Source: Candidatus Pacearchaeota archaeon
Lineage (GTDB): Archaea; Nanobdellota; Nanobdellia; Pacearchaeales; JAHJTO01
NCBI GenBank assembly: GCA_038849525.1
Contig: JAWCMS010000002.1
Span: 28,322 to 92,321, forward strand
Length of the DNA stretch: 64,000 bases
Direction of reading: 5' to 3'
Shown here: positions 47,211 to 56,167 of the stretch, one piece after another
Layout: each line of letters starts with the position of its first letter
How positions within the stretch are numbered: the stretch's first letter is position 1
Translations under genes and position numbers: made by a program
Notes under the pieces: generated by a model
Told to the model about the DNA's origin: nothing
Seen by the model: the letters and a program-made list of their open reading frames with translations, nothing else
Databases searched by the model: none

Positions 47211-47550
47211 TTTCTTTGTGTTTTTTTTCTAGTTCATCAAGCATTTTTTCAATTTCTAATTTTAATCCTTTATATTTAATGAATTCAAATTTTATTTTTT
47301 TTAGTTTTCCATAAATTTCTAATTCTTTTTTTAAACATAAAAGAAATGCACTTTTTTTTATACTTAGTGTTTTATTCTTCATTAATCCATAAATTATATC
47401 GACAGCTGCATTGTCAAGACAATAAATTTTATTTATTCTGATTTTGATATTAAATTTTTTTTGTGTCTTTTCAATTTTCTTATCAAGATATTTTATAAAA
47501 TGAGTTTCATCTAGTTCCTTACCATTTTGGAGAATATACACAATTGACAT
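47161..47550 (-). CDS. Hypothetical protein
   Basis: 129-aa ORF; Lys-rich; no motif. Confidence 0.25.
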   Translation of the reverse strand: MSIVYILQNGKELDETHFIKYLDKKIEKTQKKFNIKIRINKIYCLDNAAVDIIYGLMKNKTLSIKKSAFLLCLKKELEIYGKLKKIKFEFIKYKGLKLEIEKMLDELEKKHKEIKYSILKAFFQAVSLN

Positions 47551-47601
47551 AATTACTCTGAACTATAAAGATTTTTAAATTCTTTGAACAAAAGGTAGTG
47601 A

Positions 47602-48573
47602 ATGAAAAAAATTATACTACTGATTATTTCATCTATAATTGGAATGATATTATTTGCAGCAGTAATATTTACTTCTGACATTAAAAGAATAATAAATATA
47701 TTTGAAATATTTTCATTTTATAAATACCTTATTGTTCTTATATTCTATATTGTAATCTATCTTATAACATTAGCAAGATGGGGAATGATATTAGATACAT
47801 TTGGATATCATATACCATTTACAAAACTTCTATCGATGAGACTTTCTGAATGGACTTTTGGATACTTGACTCCTTTCGCAAGACTTGGAGGAGAGCCTGT
47901 AATGGTTTATCTTTTCAAAAAAGAGTGTAATATAAAGTATAGAAAAGGAATTGCAATTATAATTTTGAATAAAGTACTTGATTTTACAGCTGCATTAAGT
48001 TTATGTATTGTAGGAATTACTTTCTTCGCAGTATTTTATAATGATATGCTCCCAAAAAAAGCAACATTTCTGCTTGCTCTTACAATAACTCTACTTTCAA
48101 TGCTCACTTATCTTTTTTATATAAAAATAAAGAGAAAAAAAGGATTTTTCTCAATGTTTATAAAAGCATTTAAAAATACAGATGTGCATAACGGAATACT
48201 TCTTGTTGAGAATGAGCTTTATAAGTTTTTTAAAAAGCATAAAAAAAAGATAATTTCTTCGCTGTGTATTTCATTTATAATTGCATTTATGACCCTCATT
48301 AGCTATAAAATATTGGCAGTGTTTATAGGAGCAAATCTTTCATTAGCACAAGTGCTAATAGTGTTTACATTTCTTGTCATTGCATTTATATTGCCTATCC
48401 CGGGATCTTTAGGTTCAATGGAGGGATCGATGGCTCTTGCATTTGTACTTATGGGATTCAGTGCAGGTCAAGGAGTTGCATTTGCTCTCATATTAAGATC
48501 ATGTGAATTTATACTTACAGGAATAGGCTCAATCTTCTTGTCATATTATGGCATAAAGCTAAAAGGACCTTAA
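47602..48573 (+). CDS. Polytopic membrane protein (UPF0104 / lysylphosphatidylglycerol-synthase-TM-region-like flippase domain)
   Basis: Eight or more predicted TM helices with a ...GYLTPFARLGGEPVMVYL... motif similar to the UPF0104 family. Confidence 0.4.
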   Translation: MKKIILLIISSIIGMILFAAVIFTSDIKRIINIFEIFSFYKYLIVLIFYIVIYLITLARWGMILDTFGYHIPFTKLLSMRLSEWTFGYLTPFARLGGEPVMVYLFKKECNIKYRKGIAIIILNKVLDFTAALSLCIVGITFFAVFYNDMLPKKATFLLALTITLLSMLTYLFYIKIKRKKGFFSMFIKAFKNTDVHNGILLVENELYKFFKKHKKKIISSLCISFIIAFMTLISYKILAVFIGANLSLAQVLIVFTFLVIAFILPIPGSLGSMEGSMALAFVLMGFSAGQGVAFALILRSCEFILTGIGSIFLSYYGIKLKGP

Positions 48574-48624
48574 AAACGTGTAATCTAACAATAATTTTAA
48601 AAAGGTTAACAGTGTTAACTTCTT

Positions 48625-48948
48625 ATGTTTAAATGTTTAACACAGAAAATTGAATTGAATTGTATAATTCCCACAATAAGAAAAGAATTTATTTCCATTT
48701 TGGAATCGAAAGGAATGAATGATTCCGAAATTTCAAAGAGATTAGGCATAACAAAAGCGGCAGTCTCGCAATACAAACATAAAAAAAGGGGAAAAATGAT
48801 TAAGTTTCCTTCTAAAATACAAAAAGATATAAAAAAATCTGCCAATCAGATAATGAAAGGAAAAAATGCCAATTCTGAAATTTTAAAGATTATTGAAAAT
48901 TTAAAGAAATCACGATATATCTGTATTATATGTAAAGAACGTAGATAA
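48625..48948 (+). CDS. Small HTH DNA-binding protein (putative regulator of the adjacent Fe-S assembly genes)
   Basis: ...ISKRLGITKAAVSQYKHKKRG... helix-turn-helix. Located directly upstream of the iscS-like gene. Confidence 0.4.
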   Translation: MFKCLTQKIELNCIIPTIRKEFISILESKGMNDSEISKRLGITKAAVSQYKHKKRGKMIKFPSKIQKDIKKSANQIMKGKNANSEILKIIENLKKSRYICIICKERR

Positions 48949-48954
48949 AATAAA

Positions 48955-50106
48955 ATGAAAGTCTATATGGATAATGCGGCAACAACCCCTGTAAGAAAAG
49001 AAGTAATAAAGGCAATGTTACCTTATTTTAACAAAAAATTTGGAAATGCTTCTTCTTTACATTTGTATGGTAGAGAAGCTCGAGATGCGATTGAGAATGC
49101 AAGAAAAACAATTGCAAGAATAATCAATGCAGAGCCTGAAGAGATTATATTTACTTCTGGAGGAACTGAATCAGATAACATGGCAATCAAAGAGATTGCC
49201 TTTGCAAGCAAAACTAAACACAAGAACGAGATTATTACGTCTAAGATAGAGCATGATGCTGTTCTTGAGTCATGCAAGATGCTTGAAAAGATTGGATTTA
49301 AAGTTCATTATGTTAATGTTAACAAAGAAGGAATCGTAGATATCGATGAAATTAAAAGAATGATTACAGATAAAACAATTCTTGTCTCGATAATGCATGC
49401 TAATAATGAGATAGGGACTATTCAACCAATAGAAGAAATAGGAAGAATATGTAAGAGATATAATGTTTACTTTCATACAGATGCTGTACAGACATTTTGC
49501 AAACTTCCCATTGATGTTAAAAAAATGAATATTGATTTGCTTTCTGCAAGTTCTCACAAGATTTATGGGCCAAAAGGAGTTGGCTTTCTTTACATTAGAA
49601 AAGGCATAATAATTGAACCTTTGATTCATGGTGGAGGCCATGAATTTGGTTTTAGGTCAGGAACCGAAAATGTTCCTGGAATAGTAGGATTTGCAAAGGC
49701 AGCAGAACTTGCTAATAAAGAAAGAGAGAGGGAAAGGAGAAGATTAAAGAAAATGCGAGATAGAATCATAAGAGAATTAAAGAAAATAGAAGGATGTGAA
49801 ATAAATGGTTCTTTGAAAAATAGGCTCGAAAATAATATTAATGTATCATTTAGGGCAATTGAAGGTGAATCTATTCTCTTAAAACTTGATAAAAAAGGAA
49901 TTGCAGTAAGCACAGGGAGTGCTTGTTCAAGCAAAAGTTTAGAGCCGAGTCATGTCTTATTAGCATTAGGATTACCACATATTGCAGCGCATGGATCAAT
50001 AAGAATAAGTCTAGGAAGGTTTAATACAGAAAAAGAAGTTGATTATTTGTTAAAAGTTTTTCCAAAAGTCATTGAAGAACTAAGAAAAATTTCGCCATTT
50101 AAATAA
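48955..50106 (+). CDS. iscS: Cysteine desulfurase (NifS/IscS family, PLP-dependent)
   Basis: MKVYMDNAATTPV...; PLP-Lys region (SASSHKIYGPKGVG); active-site Cys loop (STGSACSSKS). Confidence 0.85.
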   Translation: MKVYMDNAATTPVRKEVIKAMLPYFNKKFGNASSLHLYGREARDAIENARKTIARIINAEPEEIIFTSGGTESDNMAIKEIAFASKTKHKNEIITSKIEHDAVLESCKMLEKIGFKVHYVNVNKEGIVDIDEIKRMITDKTILVSIMHANNEIGTIQPIEEIGRICKRYNVYFHTDAVQTFCKLPIDVKKMNIDLLSASSHKIYGPKGVGFLYIRKGIIIEPLIHGGGHEFGFRSGTENVPGIVGFAKAAELANKERERERRRLKKMRDRIIRELKKIEGCEINGSLKNRLENNINVSFRAIEGESILLKLDKKGIAVSTGSACSSKSLEPSHVLLALGLPHIAAHGSIRISLGRFNTEKEVDYLLKVFPKVIEELRKISPFK

Positions 50107-50121
50107 GAAAAGGAAAAAAGA

Positions 50122-50346
50122 ATGAAAAAACAAATAAAACAATTTATAACGAAAGAAATGTCAATTTCAGAAGTTGCAGCCAAATATCCTGAAACTATTC
50201 CTACTTTAATAAAATATGGAATGCATTGTTTAGGATGTCCTATGGCAATGCAAGAAACTTTAGAAGAAGGGTTATCAGCACATGGGTTAGATGTTAGCAG
50301 AATAATTGAAGAAATGAATAAACTAGTTAAGAAAAAAAGAAAATGA
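50122..50346 (+). CDS. DUF1858-like redox-disulfide domain protein (hybrid-cluster-protein-associated)
   Basis: ...MSISEVAAKYPETIPTLIKYGMHCLGCPMAMQETLEE... matches the CxxC-containing DUF1858 family. Confidence 0.55.
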   Translation: MKKQIKQFITKEMSISEVAAKYPETIPTLIKYGMHCLGCPMAMQETLEEGLSAHGLDVSRIIEEMNKLVKKKRK

Positions 50347-50810
50347 ATTATAAATCATATTGGAAAAAAGAAGAATTCATTTTGAAGGAAGCACTTTTAC
50401 ATGTGACTATAATATCTATAATAGTTTTCGCAATTGCATATTTTGGAAAAAATTTTAATCATATCGGCTTGATTTTGATTGCAGCAGGAATTCTTCCTTT
50501 AATTAGCTTAAAGTTGACAGGGGAAAAGATAAAAGAAAGTATTGCTGAGATTGTTTTTGGATTTATCAATACTGGATTAATAACTCTTTTTGCTATCATA
50601 GGATATAATATTGAAGGTTTGTTAGGGGCAGTCATTGGAGTTGTATTAGGAGATGTCATAACAGAAGGTTACTCTGGAATTTTAGAAGGTGAAGTTGTGG
50701 ATTTAATGCTGAGATGGAAAATAAAGGAAAAAATAGATCCTCTAAATTCATCTTTAGGAAAGATGGCAGGAGCATTGTTTGGAGGAGGTATAGTGCTTCT
50801 GATTTTTTAG
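50343..50810 (+). CDS. Small membrane protein
   Basis: Four hydrophobic helices, Gly-rich. Lies between the DUF1858 and iscU genes. Confidence 0.3.
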   Translation: MNYKSYWKKEEFILKEALLHVTIISIIVFAIAYFGKNFNHIGLILIAAGILPLISLKLTGEKIKESIAEIVFGFINTGLITLFAIIGYNIEGLLGAVIGVVLGDVITEGYSGILEGEVVDLMLRWKIKEKIDPLNSSLGKMAGALFGGGIVLLIF

Positions 50811-50816
50811 TTTAAT

Positions 50817-51269
50817 ATGACAGATCCAATTAGATACTCAAAGAAAGTAATGAAATATTTTTTACATCCAAAAAATATTGGTGAGATTAAAAATGCTGAT
50901 GGAATAGGCAAAGTAGGAAATCCAATATGTGGGGATATAATGTATATTTATATTAAAGTAGGAAAACGTGGAAAAAATGAAATTATCGAAAACATAAAGT
51001 TCAAGACATTAGGATGTGCTGCTGCAATTGCAACAAGTTCTGTTGTAACTGAGTTAGCAAAAGGCAAAACTTTGCAAAAGGCAATAAAAATAACAAATAA
51101 AGATGTTGTAAAATTTTTAGGGGGGCTGCCTCCTATAAAGCGTCATTGTTCTTTACTTGCAGAAGAGGCTCTTGGAGAGGCGATTTACGATTATTTAAAG
51201 AAAAATAAAAAAGAGATTCCTAAAGAACTAAAAGAAAAGCATAAGAATATATTAAAGGAAGAGAAATGA
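50817..51269 (+). CDS. iscU: Fe-S cluster assembly scaffold (NifU/IscU-like)
   Basis: ...GKVGNPICGDIMYIYIKV... and ...LGCAAAIATSS... and ...KRHCSLLAEEAL (three conserved Cys plus His of U-type scaffolds). Confidence 0.8.
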   Translation: MTDPIRYSKKVMKYFLHPKNIGEIKNADGIGKVGNPICGDIMYIYIKVGKRGKNEIIENIKFKTLGCAAAIATSSVVTELAKGKTLQKAIKITNKDVVKFLGGLPPIKRHCSLLAEEALGEAIYDYLKKNKKEIPKELKEKHKNILKEEK

Positions 51270-51312
51270 TTTAAAAGCCACAAACGTTAAGACTGATGGG
51301 AAAAAGAGGATA

Positions 51313-51723
51313 ATGGAACATAAAAAAGCCGATTTCAAAAGAAAAATAAATCACATAATATCAGCACCATTTATCTGGATTTTAATTATTCCTTTGACTA
51401 TCTTAGATATCTTTGTTGAAATTTATCATAGAATATGCTTTCCATTATATGGTCTTCCTTATATAAAAAGAAAAAGTTATATTAGAATATGGGACAGACC
51501 TCAACTAAAGTATCTTAATTTTTTTGACAAGATAGCATGTGCTTACTGTGGTTACGCTAATGGATGGTTACATTACGCTTCTGTTATAGCTGCGAAAACA
51601 GAAAAATATTGGTGTGGAATAAAGCACAAGAGATATAAAGGATTTATTCCGAATTTACATGAAAAAGAATTTCTTGAATATGGAAATGAAAAGCAGTATA
51701 GAAAGTTTATAATGAAGAAATGA
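51313..51723 (+). CDS. Hypothetical protein (TM helix + Cys/His-containing domain)
   Basis: IACAYCGYANGWLHY... possible metal site. Sits inside the redox island. Confidence 0.3.
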   Translation: MEHKKADFKRKINHIISAPFIWILIIPLTILDIFVEIYHRICFPLYGLPYIKRKSYIRIWDRPQLKYLNFFDKIACAYCGYANGWLHYASVIAAKTEKYWCGIKHKRYKGFIPNLHEKEFLEYGNEKQYRKFIMKK

Positions 51724-52166
51724 GGATTCTTGCAGTCTATTCTACAATAACAGGAAATACACTAAAGTTACTAAAAGGAATCAAAAAGAGTATAAGGGAA
51801 ATGAGAATAATAAAATCTTCAAAAAAAGCTGTTAAAGAAATAAAAAAAGCTGAGTTAGTAATTTTTGCTTCTGGAATTTATATGTGGAAGCACCATAAAA
51901 AACTTTTAAGATTTTCTGAAGACATACCAAAAATTAGAAAAAAAGCCCTTATAATGTCAACTGCGGGCTTGCCTTTTAAGTGGATTATGCATCTTACATT
52001 GAGAAAAATATTAGAAAAAAAAGGTTTTATAATCTTGGGTGAATTTTCTTGTAAAGGATATGATAAATTTGGGCCTCTTAAGATTTTTGGAGGAATAAAT
52101 AAAGGTCATCCTAACAAAAAAGATATAAATATGGCTACTGAATTTATTAAAAATAAGATAAAATGA
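51720..52166 (+). CDS. Flavodoxin-like fold protein
   Basis: N-terminal MRILAVYSTITGNTLKL (flavodoxin FMN-phosphate loop T-G-N-T). About 148 aa. Confidence 0.5.
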   Translation: MRILAVYSTITGNTLKLLKGIKKSIREMRIIKSSKKAVKEIKKAELVIFASGIYMWKHHKKLLRFSEDIPKIRKKALIMSTAGLPFKWIMHLTLRKILEKKGFIILGEFSCKGYDKFGPLKIFGGINKGHPNKKDINMATEFIKNKIK

Positions 52167-52522
52167 CATCGACAGGCTTTGGTTGGATAAAATTCAACGA
52201 GAAAATTTATGAACATGATATAATGATAACTGTTTCCAGTGAAATTGTTAAGAGAAATGAAGAAGAATTAAGAAGAAAATATGGAACATGCCATGCAATC
52301 GATGCAAGTGAGATAGAATTTCTACTTAAAGAAAAGCCAAGAGCAATAATATTTGGAAATGGACAATCTGGATGTGCAAGATTATCACAAGGAGCGAAAT
52401 CTGTATTAAATAAAGCAATGACAACAAGATTAATTGAAAGCTTAACTCCTGCAGCATGCAAAAGATTTGATCAGTTAAGAGAAAAAGAGCCTATTGCTGC
52501 TATTTTTCATGTAACTTGCTAA
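52163..52522 (+). CDS. Mth938-like (DUF498/NDUFAF3-like) domain protein
   Basis: About 119 aa with ...AIIFGNGQSG... and a C-terminal ...AAIFHVTC, as in Mth938-family proteins. Confidence 0.4.
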   Translation: MTSTGFGWIKFNEKIYEHDIMITVSSEIVKRNEEELRRKYGTCHAIDASEIEFLLKEKPRAIIFGNGQSGCARLSQGAKSVLNKAMTTRLIESLTPAACKRFDQLREKEPIAAIFHVTC

Positions 52523-52646
52523 TGTAGTGGCTAATTAAAAATTTGAATATAATGTTCGTTTAATTACAAAAAATTTCTGAAAAAAGGTTCTGACCAATAA
52601 AAAGTTAAAATTTAAATAGTTGTTTTTATTATAAAAATAAAACAAA

Positions 52647-53087
52647 ATGACAAAAGAGGCAATCATAAAACTTCTTAATCAAGCTCTTGAGCTAGAACAT
52701 GCGGCTGAAATTCAATATCTAGCTCACGCTGAATTGATTGATGGGTTGTATGCAGAACCTATAATATCAAGGTTAAAAGAAATTGCTGAAGACGAACATA
52801 AACATGCTGCGATTTTCAGAGAGTTGATAGGCGGCATTCTTGGAGGCACTCCTATAATGAGTGTTGCCAAAACATATCCTGGAAAAGAGATAAGGCAAAT
52901 TTTAGAGCAGAACTTGAAAAATGAAAAAGAAGCTATAGATATGTATACAAAGATTTTAGAAGCGATTTATAATGACAAAAAAAACCTGCCATACGAATTC
53001 CATAAGCTTGAGCATGATGTAAGGTCTATTATAATGGATGAGCAAGAGCATGTCTCTGAGCTAAAATTGTTGCTTGCAAAACGTTGA
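52647..53087 (+). CDS. Ferritin-like/rubrerythrin-like diiron four-helix-bundle protein
   Basis: E...EH.AEIQY and E.EHKHA paired E-x-x-H motifs (ALELEHAAEIQY; AEDEHKHAAIF; MDEQEHVSEL). Confidence 0.55.
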   Translation: MTKEAIIKLLNQALELEHAAEIQYLAHAELIDGLYAEPIISRLKEIAEDEHKHAAIFRELIGGILGGTPIMSVAKTYPGKEIRQILEQNLKNEKEAIDMYTKILEAIYNDKKNLPYEFHKLEHDVRSIIMDEQEHVSELKLLLAKR

Positions 53088-53105
53088 GAAGTTTATTCTG
53101 CAAAT

Positions 53106-53354
53106 ATGGGAAGAAAAAGGATTATTAAGATTCCTAAATCTGTAAAGATTAAATGTCCTCACTGTGGTAAAAAAAATTTAATAAAAATGCCAAAGGAGAA
53201 TATTTATTTTTTTGAGTGTAAAAAATGCAAAAATAAAATTGAAACTCCACAAAGCCAATGTTGTATTCTTTGTGCTTACAGCAATTCAAGATGTTATAAT
53301 GAATTGATAAGAACAGCACAAAGAAATGAGCTTGAAGTAAGACAAATAAAATGA
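53106..53354 (+). CDS. Small zinc-ribbon protein
   Basis: CPHCGKK...ECKKCKNK...CCILC. Multiple CxxC pairs in 82 aa. Confidence 0.4.
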   Translation: MGRKRIIKIPKSVKIKCPHCGKKNLIKMPKENIYFFECKKCKNKIETPQSQCCILCAYSNSRCYNELIRTAQRNELEVRQIK

Positions 53355-53713
53355 AAAAAGTATTATTATTATTCTTATTATTATCTTTTTTGTTTATAAT
53401 AGGAATGAGCGGATGCCATCAGACTTCAGTAAAAGAAAAAGAAGAACAAAAACAGCAAATTCCTACAATGCATGTAATTAAAATAAAGGAATTTAAATTT
53501 CAGCCATCTGAAATAATAATACATCGAGGTGATAGTATAGTATGGATAAATGAGGATCCTTATCCTACAGTACACACAGTATCTGCTTATGACTTATCAT
53601 ACAGCTTTAAAATGATTTACGGACAAAATGCGACAAAAATATTTAATGAATCTGGGACATACGAATATTACTGCGCTGTTCATGGAGAAAAAGGAAAAAT
53701 AATTGTAAAATGA
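53351..53713 (+). CDS. Cupredoxin (plastocyanin/azurin-like blue-copper protein), secreted and possibly lipid-anchored
   Basis: Signal peptide ending ...IIGMSGC. Type-1 Cu ligands H (HTVSAY...) and C-x-x-H-x-x-x-x-K/M (YYCAVHGEKGK). Confidence 0.65.
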   Translation: MKKVLLLFLLLSFLFIIGMSGCHQTSVKEKEEQKQQIPTMHVIKIKEFKFQPSEIIIHRGDSIVWINEDPYPTVHTVSAYDLSYSFKMIYGQNATKIFNESGTYEYYCAVHGEKGKIIVK

Positions 53714-53943
53714 AAGTTATTGTTTATTCCACATCAACATGTCCTTATTGCGACATGGCAAAAGAATTTTTAAGAAAAAACAAAATTAAATTCTTAGATA
53801 TAGATGTTAATGAAAATAAGAATGCAGCAAGGGACATGATAAAAAAGTCAGGCCAGACAGGAGTCCCTGTAATAGAGATCGATAATCAGATTGTAATTGG
53901 CTTTAATAAGCAAAAGCTCAAAGAATTATTAAAACTAAAATAG
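53710..53943 (+). CDS. Glutaredoxin/NrdH-like thioredoxin-fold protein
   Basis: MKVIVYSTSTCPYCDMAKEFL...TGVPVIEID. A CPYC active site followed by cis-Pro. Confidence 0.75.
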   Translation: MKVIVYSTSTCPYCDMAKEFLRKNKIKFLDIDVNENKNAARDMIKKSGQTGVPVIEIDNQIVIGFNKQKLKELLKLK

Positions 53944-53956
53944 AGGGAATATAAAA

Positions 53957-54136
53957 ATGACAGATAAGATACCAAAAGTCAATCCAAAAAAATGTATATC
54001 TTGTGGAGCATGTATAGCAACATGCCCTAATCAGGCGATTGAATGGAGAAACGGCAAAGCATTCATAAATCCGAAAAAATGCAAAAAGGCATATGAATGC
54101 ATTAAAGTCTGTCCTGTAAAGGCGATAAGTAAGTAA
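53957..54136 (+). CDS. Small 4Fe-4S ferredoxin (absent from the ORF track because it is <60 aa)
   Basis: ATG at 53957. 59 aa: ...CISCGACIATCP...CKKAYECIKVCP. The first motif is canonical CxxCxxCxxxCP; the second is atypical. Confidence 0.6.
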   Translation: MTDKIPKVNPKKCISCGACIATCPNQAIEWRNGKAFINPKKCKKAYECIKVCPVKAISK

Positions 54137-54208
54137 ACCAAATAACAATAGATTTTCCCATATTTGCATCCCCAAGAATCAAAATAGCTTCTTGAATATC
54201 AGCTACTC

Positions 54209-55108
54209 TTATTCTTTTTTATCGGTTTTATTTTCTAGATTATTTCTTACTCTTTTCATGTTTTCAAGAATGGTTTCGTAACCTTGCGGTCCTCTCTCGT
54301 TTAGAAGTTGAATCAAAAAAGTCGAAATAAAATGATTCCCTTTATCAAGAATATCTCCAATGTGGACTATGAAGCGTTCTGCTTTTTCATCAAGCACCGT
54401 ATTCTCAAGATTTTTAAGAGGTATTTCCACGTGCTTAGGCAGTGTATAAATAGACTTAGGAAGCAATTTTTCCAGCGGAGAAAAATAGTCTATAGTCCTC
54501 TTAAATTCCCTGCAATTTAGATTAAGCAGAATCTTAATCTCTTTTGCTTTTTCCCTTGGAATTTTATATTTTTCATTGAGACATTTGAAGAAAGTTTTTT
54601 CCTCATCTCCAATACCGCCATATAATATGAGATATTCTGGTGCTATTCTACACATTAACGGCATCGCAATACTTTCATGAAGCACGCATTTCTTGTCATC
54701 TAGGTAATAACAAGGAGATTTCAATTTTGGTCTTATTAGTGGCTTTGCTACTTCCTTTATAGAAAATAGAGTTGGGGTATTTTGAGTGATTTTTTTCATA
54801 AAAAGTATAGTTGAAGGATCCTGAAGGACTTTCTGCAGATTTTCATATGAAAAAGAACTCTCACTTGATTCAAATACATCCTCTATACTTACTGTCAACT
54901 CACATATTTCATTGAACAAATCCAAAAAAGGCTTTTTTTTCGGATTTGCATGTCTGTAAATTCTCTCCAAATCACTAAGATTTAAATGCACAGAAGGATA
55001 TTGCTTCGTATTTTTTTCACTATAAGGTTCTGTCTTTTCTTTGGGACAGCACGATGCGCACTGATTACATTTAAAATATTTCATTTCAGTAAGCCCAATT
55101 TTTTCCAT
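54209..55108 (-). CDS. YkgJ-family (UPF0153) Cys-cluster protein, putative Fe-S/zinc oxidoreductase
   Basis: N-terminal CNQCASCC (CxxCxxCC), as in the YkgJ/flavin-interacting Cys-cluster family. 299 aa. Confidence 0.4.
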   Translation of the reverse strand: MEKIGLTEMKYFKCNQCASCCPKEKTEPYSEKNTKQYPSVHLNLSDLERIYRHANPKKKPFLDLFNEICELTVSIEDVFESSESSFSYENLQKVLQDPSTILFMKKITQNTPTLFSIKEVAKPLIRPKLKSPCYYLDDKKCVLHESIAMPLMCRIAPEYLILYGGIGDEEKTFFKCLNEKYKIPREKAKEIKILLNLNCREFKRTIDYFSPLEKLLPKSIYTLPKHVEIPLKNLENTVLDEKAERFIVHIGDILDKGNHFISTFLIQLLNERGPQGYETILENMKRVRNNLENKTDKKE

Positions 55109-55494
55109 TCTTTTCTTGTTTTTTCGTTAACATACACCTGAAGTGGTTCGATTTTCAGGTTACTAATAGTATATTTATCTTTTAGATATTCCTTCAGCAT
55201 ATTAGCAAAGACATCAGCAACAATTTTTGGTACACCACCAAAACTGCTTGAGTAGTCATAGATCTTCAATATTCCATTCTCAATTACAAATTTTCCTCCA
55301 CCAAGCACCCTTCTTTCTGAGATTCCATTATCCTCTGCGATTGTTCTATGGTAAGGTTTTTCACCTCCTCTTATTCGAAGATTTGCAGAATACCATACCA
55401 AGAATTTTCCTTCTTTAGCAATAATATATTTGCTTTCATTATCAGGAAATCCTTCTACGAAGCCTATTTTATATTCAAGATTTTTCTTTGCCAT
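55081..55494 (-). CDS. Hypothetical protein
   Basis: 137-aa ORF; Gly-rich GGGKF and SSSFGG stretches; no known motif. Confidence 0.25.
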   Translation of the reverse strand: MAKKNLEYKIGFVEGFPDNESKYIIAKEGKFLVWYSANLRIRGGEKPYHRTIAEDNGISERRVLGGGKFVIENGILKIYDYSSSFGGVPKIVADVFANMLKEYLKDKYTISNLKIEPLQVYVNEKTRKEWKKLGLLK

Positions 55495-55508
55495 TTCATT
55501 TTATCATT

Positions 55509-55712
55509 TTATTTTTTCTTTCCATTCTCTCTGCCAAGTATGTTATCTGCTATCTGCATGAGATCATACTGATCGAACCTCTTTGCCAAAGAGCCTTCAA
55601 ACTGAGACATTTCTTTGATTTTCAAATAGCTTGGCAAAAATTTTCTTAGTTCTGCTACATCTTCAGCATTATCATTTATGACAAGTATTTTCTCTAGCTT
55701 TTTGTTTTCCAT
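55509..55712 (-). CDS. Hypothetical small protein
   Basis: 67-aa ORF between two other small minus-strand ORFs. Confidence 0.2.
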   Translation of the reverse strand: MENKKLEKILVINDNAEDVAELRKFLPSYLKIKEMSQFEGSLAKRFDQYDLMQIADNILGRENGKKK

Positions 55713-55773
55713 TTTATTCTTTTAGCTTTGTTTTTTATATTGTTTTTTCATAAGGAATATATACCCCCCTTAT

Positions 55774-56037
55774 TCAGTGCACATAAGCAAAAGTGCTTTG
55801 TTTCATGCCTAAAATAACTCCTTCCAGGTTTATTCTCAGATATTTTCCTGTTCTGTCCAAAACATCAAAGTGGTTTTCCAATTTATCATAACTCCACAGT
55901 TTACCATTGATGTCTCTATACATCATTGCTCCTGTCTTCGGATTGATTCCAACTTTCGCTTCTTGCAGAGAATAGCACTTTTTAGGCAAAACATACCCTG
56001 CATTCTTCATGAATTCAAATGTTTCTTTAAGGTTCAT
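55774..56037 (-). CDS. Hypothetical small protein
   Basis: 87-aa ORF, divergent from the AbrB-PhoU-like gene. Confidence 0.25.
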   Translation of the reverse strand: MNLKETFEFMKNAGYVLPKKCYSLQEAKVGINPKTGAMMYRDINGKLWSYDKLENHFDVLDRTGKYLRINLEGVILGMKQSTFAYVH

Positions 56038-56167
56038 TTTGTCTCCTTATATGTTACTTTATAGTGATAAAAGAAATTTAAGAAGATTTTTAATAAGATA
56101 TATATATTTGTATAAGTATATATAAAAACAAAAGATTTATATATTAAAAGATAATGATAAGTACAAC

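Noticed and set aside
53351-53420. Lipobox call on the cupredoxin signal peptide (IIGMSGC)
   Set aside because: The -3 position is Met rather than L/V/I, so it is not a canonical lipobox. It is mentioned only as suggestive alongside the LspA-like gene.
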